NCBI GenBank assembly: GCA_049281855.1
Contig: JBAPSY010000073.1
Span: forward strand, 3,171-67,170
Direction of reading: 5' to 3'
From: Anaerolineales bacterium
Lineage (GTDB): Bacteria; Chloroflexota; Anaerolineae; Anaerolineales; UBA4823
Length of the DNA stretch: 64,000 nt
In this document: piece after piece, positions 55,014 through 62,851 of the stretch
Position numbering within the stretch: the first letter of the stretch is position 1
How the letters are laid out: each line of letters begins with the position of its first letter
Program-made: the position numbers and the translations under genes
Notes under the pieces: model-generated
Database searches by the model: none
Told to the model about the DNA's origin: nothing
The model's input: the letters and a program-made list of their open reading frames with translations, nothing else

Positions 55014-57205
55014 ATCGGGAGCCAACGGTTCTGGATTATGTTAAGTCCCTCTTTAAGGGGAAGCCATTAGCGATCCCATCTGCTAAGGAAGTACCTCAAG
55101 TACCTCAACCAGTAGATGAACATCTTCTAGTGCAGCCCATAATGGTCGATCAACAGGTTGTCCCGGCTCAAGAACCGAGTCGTCGATCTCCTGGTGTTGT
55201 TTTTCCATGGCGCTCGCTGCTGGCGCTTGGGTTTGCCCTGGTGGCTCAGATTTCATTGATGCCACGCCCAAACCGGGCCTGGATTCCCGGCGTCATCTTA
55301 TATGTGTGCGCTGCAGGCTGGCTGGCGTGGGCTGCCTGGAACGGGGAATGGGTCCCAGCTGCCCTGCCCGAGGTTGAAGCGCACCTGGAGGATTACCGGG
55401 TTCGTGCCCGGTGGTTGTATATCAGCCTGCCTCTGGCTTTGGCTGCCTTCCTCACCCTGGGGGGTAATCAGTTCAACACGCTCAATGTCACGTTGTGGGT
55501 TCTGGCAATCATATTCACCACCCTGGCGTTCTGGCAGGGAGCATACCCATTCAGGGGTTGGTGGCGGTGGATAAAAGTACACCTGCACCTTCCCTTAAAA
55601 CTATCCATATCCGCCTGGACGTTGCTCGTCTTGGCTTCCGTCATCCTGGTGGTTTTCTTCCGTGCCTATCGTATTGACCAGGTGCCGCCAGAAATGGTCA
55701 GCGACCATGCTGAGAAGCTTTTAGATGTATGGGACGTATTGCATGGGCAGACGAGCATCTTCTTCCCGCGTAATACAGGTCGCGAAGCCATCCAGATGTA
55801 CCTGACAGCAGGTATCATCCAGCTTTTCAACACCGGTTACACATTTTTAAGCCTGAAGATTGGCGCGATCCTGGTAGGGTTATTGACTCTGCCGTTCCTC
55901 TATTTGCTCGGTGAAGAATTTGGCAACCGGCGTGTTGGATTATTTGCCATGTTGTTTGCCGGCATGGCTTTTTGGCCAAACGTCATCTCGCGCGTGGGGC
56001 TGCGTTTCCCACTCTATCCATTGTTCGTTGCACCCACGCTGTATTACCTGATCCGAGGTTTGCGCACCTCCAACCGCAATGATTTTATCCTGGCAGGTCT
56101 GGCTCTGGGGATTGGTTTGCACGGATACACTCCCATTCGCATCCTACCGATCGTCGTCCTGGTAGCCGTAGGTTTATATTTGTTACATCCCCAAGCCAGG
56201 GGTAAGCGCTTGCAGACGGTATCGGGATTGTTGGTGTTGGTCCTGGTATCCCTGATTCTCTTCTTACCCTTACTTCGTTTTTCGCTGGAATACCCCACGC
56301 TATTCTACCTGCGGGCTTTCTCCCGTCTGGGCACCACCGAGCGCCCTCTGCCTGGACCTGCTTTGGTGATATTTCTTAAAAACTTATGGAATGCCTCGAT
56401 TATGTACTTCTGGTCGGATGGGCAGATTTGGGTCCATTCGGTCACCAACAGCCCTACCCTGGATATTATTTCAGCTGCTCTGTACTACCTGGGTGTGGTC
56501 TTGTTGTTAATTCGCTATATCAGGCGGCGTACGTGGCAGGATCTGTTTCTGCTCCTTTCGGTTCCGCTGCTTATGCTTCCTTCCATCCTCTCATTGGCTT
56601 TTCCGGATGAGAATCCGGCATTAAATCGAGCAGCTGGTGCCATTATTCCCGTCTTTTTAATCGTCGCCGTCGCTTTGGACGGACTGATGTCTGCCATGGA
56701 GAAGCGGACACCATCCAAAGCGGGGTCAACTCTAGCTTGGGGAATGGCGGTTATCCTTATTTTCTTTGCTGCGCTGGGTAATTATGATTTGGTGTTTAAC
56801 CAGTACCAGCGTGCCTACGAACTGTCTGCCTGGAATACTTCCGAGATGGGCAAAGTCGTACATGATTTTGGTGACATGTATGGCAGCACAGATACTGCCT
56901 ATGTGGTTCCCTACCCATATTGGGTGGATACCCGCCTGGTGGGGATGAATGCAGGTGACCCGACCCGCGATTATGCCATTCCACCGGATCAGATATCGAC
57001 TACACTGAGTGATTCACGCCCCAAGATGTTCCTGGTTTATCCTGAAGATCAGACCGACTTGGACTTGTTACGTCAGCTCTTCCCTCAGGGCAATGTTTCG
57101 ACTTTTGAATCGCAGGTCGGAAAGAATTTTTATGTTTATTTGGTTCCGCCAGCTTCTACGAATTCCGGTGTAATTCCCTCAATAGGTGGGATATCGTCAC
57201 CATAA
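55010..57205 (+). CDS. GT-C-fold, ArnT/PMT (GT39)-like polytopic glycosyltransferase
   Basis: 731-aa ORF with at least 12 predicted TM helices. It has an acidic first-loop motif (VSDHAEKLLD) and a C-terminal soluble domain. Its ATG overlaps the pseudogene stop (ATGA). Confidence 0.7.
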   Translation: MNREPTVLDYVKSLFKGKPLAIPSAKEVPQVPQPVDEHLLVQPIMVDQQVVPAQEPSRRSPGVVFPWRSLLALGFALVAQISLMPRPNRAWIPGVILYVCAAGWLAWAAWNGEWVPAALPEVEAHLEDYRVRARWLYISLPLALAAFLTLGGNQFNTLNVTLWVLAIIFTTLAFWQGAYPFRGWWRWIKVHLHLPLKLSISAWTLLVLASVILVVFFRAYRIDQVPPEMVSDHAEKLLDVWDVLHGQTSIFFPRNTGREAIQMYLTAGIIQLFNTGYTFLSLKIGAILVGLLTLPFLYLLGEEFGNRRVGLFAMLFAGMAFWPNVISRVGLRFPLYPLFVAPTLYYLIRGLRTSNRNDFILAGLALGIGLHGYTPIRILPIVVLVAVGLYLLHPQARGKRLQTVSGLLVLVLVSLILFLPLLRFSLEYPTLFYLRAFSRLGTTERPLPGPALVIFLKNLWNASIMYFWSDGQIWVHSVTNSPTLDIISAALYYLGVVLLLIRYIRRRTWQDLFLLLSVPLLMLPSILSLAFPDENPALNRAAGAIIPVFLIVAVALDGLMSAMEKRTPSKAGSTLAWGMAVILIFFAALGNYDLVFNQYQRAYELSAWNTSEMGKVVHDFGDMYGSTDTAYVVPYPYWVDTRLVGMNAGDPTRDYAIPPDQISTTLSDSRPKMFLVYPEDQTDLDLLRQLFPQGNVSTFESQVGKNFYVYLVPPASTNSGVIPSIGGISSP

Positions 57206-57256
57206 GGCAAATCCTGATGAAGGAATTATTGCTCTCAGTAGTGATTTCAACCATCT

Positions 57257-60200
57257 ATGTCAACTGATAGTATGAATGATGTGATGCCTAACACCCCTCC
57301 CCAACCTGCCCCGAAGAAAAAGCGGCAGTTAGTGACACCTGTGATATATGATGTCCTGTTAGTGTATATCCTAATATTTGGTGCATTTTTTCGCTTCGTT
57401 GGCATTCAATGGGGTGATTTCCAGTACCTCCATCCGGACGAGCGTTTCCTGGTCTGGGTTGGAACGGATATCCAGCCGATAGGGACATCCCCTGAGGCAC
57501 TAGGGCCGCCACCAAATATCACCAATAACCCGTGGAGGGCAAATTTTAGCAACGCCTACCCCGATTGCCATAGCTGGGGCGGCTATTTTGACGCTTCCTG
57601 CTCGCCGCTCAACCCTAATAACCGCGGTCATTCATTTTATGTTTACGGCACGCTGCCCATGTTTCTGACCCGCTATATTGTGCAGGGGATTTATGGTCAT
57701 TCTGGTTTCAATGAAATGACCATTGTTGGGAGAGTGCTTTCAGCCCTGGTGGATTTATTATCGGTGATTCTGGTTTATGCCATCGGGTCGCGGGTATTCA
57801 GAAAACCGGTGGGCTTGCTGGCAGCTGCCTTTTCAGCCTTCACTGTGTTGAATATTCAGCAGTCCCACTTCTTTACCATGGATACGTTCTCCAGCTTCTT
57901 TACATTGCTGGCGATTTATTATGCCGTCAGGGTGAGCCTGGTGGAGGGTGAATCCAAAGCCGTTCAGTCGACTGGCGTGCATAGCTCAACCTCCCTCTCG
58001 CCTGAGGATGATGATGGAGGGCAATCCCAAACGCTTCTCTCCCGTCTCACGGTAATCGCTAAGCATCCATATTTTGGTCTCTCCATCGCCTTCGGAATTG
58101 CCTTGGGCTGCGCCGTGTCATCCAAGCTAAATTCTGCTCCGGTAGCGTTCGTGCTGCCGGTCGCGTTTGGGGTAATCATCTGGGGGAAACCCACCCAGGA
58201 GCGCACACGCTGGCTGATAAATGCCGTAATTTACCTGGGCATCGCCGCTTTTGTGAGCATTCTGGTCTTTCGAGTTTTCCAGCCTTATGCTTTCTCTGGG
58301 CCTGGCTTCTTCGGTTTGCGACCTAATCCGCAATGGGTGGCGAATATCAAAGACCAGCGCATTCAAGCCGCCGGTGATAATGATTTTCCTCCCTCCTTAC
58401 AGTGGGCAAGCCGCCCGGTGTGGTTCTCCGCCAAAAATATGGTCGAGTGGGGTCTGGGGATTCCATTAGGAATCCTGGCGGCATTGGGTTTCTTGTGGGC
58501 AGGCTGGCGCATGCTTAAGGGAGACTGGCCGCGGCATCTCTTGTTGTGGCTTTGGGGAGGTTTCTACTTCATCTGGCAGTCATTACAATTTAACCCAACC
58601 ATGCGTTATCAGATGCCCACCTACCCCATATTGGCAATCTATGCCGGTTGGGTAGTGGTGGAACTTTGGAATTTTCGGAAACTTAAGAAAGAAGACGGAA
58701 ACATCCATGAAAGCGAACCAGGAACATCCAGGTTTAGATGGGTGCGCCCGGTATCCGCCCTACTTGGCAGCTTCGTCATCCTTGCCACTTTCGCCTGGGC
58801 TCTGGCCTTTAGTCTGATCTATGCTCGCCCCATCACCCGCGTGGCAGCTTCCGAGTGGATTTACCAGAATATCCCTGCACCCATCAACTTGCACATCCAG
58901 ACTCAGGTTGGATCTTTCAGCCAGCCACTCTCGCTTCCCTACGGCAGCACCATCCAACCCAGCTTGCCGTATCAAATGAGCTTCACTGCCAATGCGAGCG
59001 GTACCCTCAACGACGTCTATCTGGCGCATGTCGCAAATACCCAGGCATTTCAACCTACCGTCTTGAATATATCCCTCTCAACTTCTTCCAATGGCGGTCT
59101 GCCCCTGATGGCAGAAGTGATGACCGTTTCTCCTGCCGTGGCAGGTGCCTCAACGTCAGACGGATACCTGCTGAAATTTGAATCACCTATTAACCTGGAT
59201 GCGGGTCAGGTGTATACCCTGACGTTGGCTCTCGTTCAGGGAGAGCGGGTCCTGGATGCGTGTGGACCATTAGGCGTCACCGTGCAGACTTCCACGGAGC
59301 TGATTGCTCAGACGGTGACTGGACCCGATCAATGTGTAATTCAACCTGGGGAACCCTATATTGTTGCCTTCACTCCTCAAGAAAATGGGCTGATGGAGGC
59401 GGTCACTCTAGGCCAGCTGGTTGACCAGACCCCTGCACCCGGGCAAGAAACACTGGTGCTCACCATTGGACCTACCGGAGATAGCCAGGTAGTGGCTACT
59501 GCCAGCCTTACTGCTGACCTCACTCTTGGAGCAAATGATCTTGGAGCAGGATATTCAATGACCTTGGATCGCCCTATGACCGTGGAAAAGGGCAAAAATT
59601 ACAGCCTCTCCCTGGCGCTGGAAGCTAGCACAGGTGTCGTCAGCATTCAAGGTTCAGCCGTTGCTAACGAAGGGGATTGGGATGATGGTCTACCCCTGAG
59701 GGTGAATGGCTATGATGCCTTTGGGGGCGTCTATACCGCCGGATTGAACTTCAATATGTATACGGATGATAACCCCGAGAAGCTGGAGCATTTCATCAAT
59801 GTATATGACCAAACCGAGTACATCCTGATCAGCTCCAACCGCCAATGGGGTTCGCTGCCACGCCTGCCGGAGCGGTTCCCAATGACCACCCTGCATTACC
59901 GCCATCTGTTGGGCTGCCCGGATGACCGTACCCTCCAATGGTGCTATAGTGTTGCCCAACCCGGCATGTTCCACGGAGATTTGGGTTTCGAGTTGGTGGC
60001 AGTTTTCCAATCTAACCCATCGATTGGCTCATTCTGGATTAATGACCAGTTCGCTGAAGAAGCTTTCACGGTTTATGACCACCCAAAGGTGCTTGTCTTT
60101 CGCAAAACCGAGGCCTATAACTCTGCACAGGCCCGCCAAATCCTGAGCCAGGCAAATTTCTCTGAGATGGTGCGGATTACCCCCAAAAAAGCCGCCTACC

Positions 60201-62851
60201 ATCCCGCTAATTTAAAGTTGCCTGAGGAACGTCTGGCTGTCCAGACTGCTGACGGCACCTGGTCGGAGCTATTTGACCCAGAGGCTGTGCAGAATCGCAT
60301 CCAGGTCCTGGGGGTCATCGTCTGGTATTTGAGTGTCGGAGTACTTGGGCTGCTGGTTTATCCCCTATTGCGAATTACCCTGCCAGGCTTGCCCGACCAT
60401 GGGTATCCCCTTGCCCGCACAGCGGGGATGCTGATCCTGGCATACCTCACTTGGCTGGCTGGCTCGGTTAACATCCCCTCCAGCCGCCTGACAATCAGCC
60501 TGGTGATCCTTATAATGGCAGTCGTCGGCGCATACCTGGCTTATCGCCAACGGGATGAGCTTCGTCAGGAGTGGCGTTCCCGGCGTAATTATTTCCTGAT
60601 CATCGAAGGTTTGGTGCTAGCCTTCTTCCTATTCTTCCTATTCATCCGGCTTGGCAACCCGGATCTGTGGCATCCGTGGAAGGGTGGAGAAAAGCCGATG
60701 GATTTTTCCTACTTCAACGCAGTATTGAAGAGCACCACCTTCCCGCCTTATGACCCCTGGTACGCGGGTGGGTACATGAATTACTACTACTGGGGCTTTG
60801 TGTTCGTGGGTGTGCTGGTCAAGTGGCTGGGCATCGTCCCGTCATTTGCTTATAACCTCATTATCCCCACCTTGTTCAGCATGGTTACCATGGGTGCCTT
60901 CTCCATTGGTTATAACCTGAGCCTCTCACGGGGCAAAAATGGTGAGGTGCTGAAGGATCAGGTTCTACCGGATGGCGGTCCACCACTGCCAACATCCACT
61001 CGACGTCCCTATCTGATTGGTCTGGCTTCTGCTTTGGGGATGGCGGTGCTGGGAAACCTGGGCACGCTACGCATGATCGCGAAAGGATGGGAACAGCTGG
61101 GTGTCCCAGGTGGGTTAACCGACAGCACCAGTTTCTTATCTCGTATGATTGGTTTGCCAGTTGGCCTTTGGAATGTCCTGGTTCATGGGGCCCAAATGCC
61201 CTACGCCTTGGGTGATTGGTACTGGTTACCCAGCCGGGCTATCCCTGCCCCAGGTGACGTGGAACCCATCACTGAATTCCCCATCTTCACCTTTCTCTAT
61301 GCCGATCTACACGCCCATATGATTGCCATGGCGATCGCCATGCTTGCCCTCGCCTGGGCTGTGGCTGTGCTGTTGGGTAAAGCGCACTGGCAGAGCTACG
61401 GAGCGGGAGTTCTGAGCATTATTTTGGGTGGAATGGCGATTGGAGCGCTCTACCCCACCAATCTTTCTGATATTTATACCTACCTGCCCATTGGAATGGT
61501 GGTTTTGGGGTATGCCCTCTTTCGCTATGCAGATGCCGGGCATCTTTCATGGTTGCCTCACCTCGCGCCCATAATTAAACGCCTGATCCTGGCAGGATTG
61601 GGGATGCTTTTGCTGGCAGTAGTCTCATATGGGTTGTATCTCCCTTATCGTTTGTGGTATGCCCAAGGCTACACCTCAGTCATCCCCTGGTTTGGCACCC
61701 ACACGCCATTTTGGTCTTACTTTACACATTGGGGTCTGTTCCTATTTGTGATTGTCTCGTGGATGGTGTGGGAAACGCGCGAGTGGATGGCAAGCACTCC
61801 TCTCGCCTCGTTACGTAAGCTTGAGAAATATAGCAGTCTGATTATCCTGGTTGTGGTCATTCTCTTCTTAACCTGCCTGCTCTTGAGCATCAAAATACCC
61901 GGGATTGAGAATATGAGCTTACTTGCCAAATTGCCCTTGGGAAGAGGGGCTGCTATGGCCTGGGTTATCCTTCCTCTGGCAGCTTGGGCTGGGGTTTTGC
62001 TCTTGCGCCCAGGGATGCCGGATGCCAAGCGTCTGGTCCTCTTCTGGGTGGGCACTGGATTGTTTATCACGCTGGTGGTCGAGCTGGTTGTGGTGCGCGG
62101 CGATATCGGGCGCATGAATACCGTCTTTAAGTTCTATCTTCAGGTGTGGGCACTGTTTGCACTCAGCGCAGCTGCTGCCCTGAGTTGGTTGCTTGTGCCT
62201 GTGCGCCGGTGGCTGCCAGGTTGGCGTATACCCTGGCGGTTAGCGTTTGGTTTTTTGGTATTTTCTGCTGCCTTGTTCACCCTGTATGGCAGCATGGCTA
62301 AAATAAAGGACCGCTGGGTACCGACTGCGCCTCACACACTGGATGGCATGGCTTATATGCCATTTGCCACCTATTTTGAAGATTACCCCACTGTGAGTGC
62401 GAACACACCCGTTGCCCAAAGTGGTGTCACCATGGATTTAAGCCAGGATTACCGCGCCATCCGTTGGATGCAGGCTAACATCCAGGGCTCACCGGTCATT
62501 GTAGAAGCGAATTCGCGCAATTTATATCGTTGGTATTCTCGTTTTACCATCTACACGGGTCTACCCGGGGTTGTCGGCTGGGAGTGGCATGAACAACAGC
62601 AACGCGCCCTCAACCCAACCGATTGGGTGACCAAACGGATCACTGATATCGACCAGTTCTACACCACGGTGGATACCGACAGCACCAAACAATTCATAAA
62701 TTTGTATGGTGTACGATACATTGTGGTCGGGCAGCTGGAACAAGTCACCTATCCCGGACCTGGGTTGGATAAATTCCCGGCATTCAATGGGATTCTGTGG
62801 AACGAAGTTTACCGGGATGAGAATACGGTCATCTACGAGGTGATTAAATGA
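57257..62851 (+). CDS. Giant (1864 aa) membrane protein: GT39/PMT_2-like module, repeated beta-rich module and YYY (DUF2298) domain
   Basis: The N-terminal module (YLHPDERFLVWVG, FYVYGTLPMF...) resembles phospholipid-carrier-dependent GT-C enzymes. The central roughly 490 aa lack TM helices. The C-terminal roughly 850 aa carry GGEKPMDFSYFNAVLKS, YMNYYYWGF and EFPIFTFLYADLHAHM, as in YYY/DUF2298 proteins. Confidence 0.8.
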   Translation: MSTDSMNDVMPNTPPQPAPKKKRQLVTPVIYDVLLVYILIFGAFFRFVGIQWGDFQYLHPDERFLVWVGTDIQPIGTSPEALGPPPNITNNPWRANFSNAYPDCHSWGGYFDASCSPLNPNNRGHSFYVYGTLPMFLTRYIVQGIYGHSGFNEMTIVGRVLSALVDLLSVILVYAIGSRVFRKPVGLLAAAFSAFTVLNIQQSHFFTMDTFSSFFTLLAIYYAVRVSLVEGESKAVQSTGVHSSTSLSPEDDDGGQSQTLLSRLTVIAKHPYFGLSIAFGIALGCAVSSKLNSAPVAFVLPVAFGVIIWGKPTQERTRWLINAVIYLGIAAFVSILVFRVFQPYAFSGPGFFGLRPNPQWVANIKDQRIQAAGDNDFPPSLQWASRPVWFSAKNMVEWGLGIPLGILAALGFLWAGWRMLKGDWPRHLLLWLWGGFYFIWQSLQFNPTMRYQMPTYPILAIYAGWVVVELWNFRKLKKEDGNIHESEPGTSRFRWVRPVSALLGSFVILATFAWALAFSLIYARPITRVAASEWIYQNIPAPINLHIQTQVGSFSQPLSLPYGSTIQPSLPYQMSFTANASGTLNDVYLAHVANTQAFQPTVLNISLSTSSNGGLPLMAEVMTVSPAVAGASTSDGYLLKFESPINLDAGQVYTLTLALVQGERVLDACGPLGVTVQTSTELIAQTVTGPDQCVIQPGEPYIVAFTPQENGLMEAVTLGQLVDQTPAPGQETLVLTIGPTGDSQVVATASLTADLTLGANDLGAGYSMTLDRPMTVEKGKNYSLSLALEASTGVVSIQGSAVANEGDWDDGLPLRVNGYDAFGGVYTAGLNFNMYTDDNPEKLEHFINVYDQTEYILISSNRQWGSLPRLPERFPMTTLHYRHLLGCPDDRTLQWCYSVAQPGMFHGDLGFELVAVFQSNPSIGSFWINDQFAEEAFTVYDHPKVLVFRKTEAYNSAQARQILSQANFSEMVRITPKKAAYHPANLKLPEERLAVQTADGTWSELFDPEAVQNRIQVLGVIVWYLSVGVLGLLVYPLLRITLPGLPDHGYPLARTAGMLILAYLTWLAGSVNIPSSRLTISLVILIMAVVGAYLAYRQRDELRQEWRSRRNYFLIIEGLVLAFFLFFLFIRLGNPDLWHPWKGGEKPMDFSYFNAVLKSTTFPPYDPWYAGGYMNYYYWGFVFVGVLVKWLGIVPSFAYNLIIPTLFSMVTMGAFSIGYNLSLSRGKNGEVLKDQVLPDGGPPLPTSTRRPYLIGLASALGMAVLGNLGTLRMIAKGWEQLGVPGGLTDSTSFLSRMIGLPVGLWNVLVHGAQMPYALGDWYWLPSRAIPAPGDVEPITEFPIFTFLYADLHAHMIAMAIAMLALAWAVAVLLGKAHWQSYGAGVLSIILGGMAIGALYPTNLSDIYTYLPIGMVVLGYALFRYADAGHLSWLPHLAPIIKRLILAGLGMLLLAVVSYGLYLPYRLWYAQGYTSVIPWFGTHTPFWSYFTHWGLFLFVIVSWMVWETREWMASTPLASLRKLEKYSSLIILVVVILFLTCLLLSIKIPGIENMSLLAKLPLGRGAAMAWVILPLAAWAGVLLLRPGMPDAKRLVLFWVGTGLFITLVVELVVVRGDIGRMNTVFKFYLQVWALFALSAAAALSWLLVPVRRWLPGWRIPWRLAFGFLVFSAALFTLYGSMAKIKDRWVPTAPHTLDGMAYMPFATYFEDYPTVSANTPVAQSGVTMDLSQDYRAIRWMQANIQGSPVIVEANSRNLYRWYSRFTIYTGLPGVVGWEWHEQQQRALNPTDWVTKRITDIDQFYTTVDTDSTKQFINLYGVRYIVVGQLEQVTYPGPGLDKFPAFNGILWNEVYRDENTVIYEVIK

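Noticed and set aside
54645-55025. 126-aa minus-strand ORF across the methyltransferase pseudogene
   Set aside because: It has no recognisable motifs and lies antisense to a sequence that translates, in three frames, into a coherent methyltransferase.
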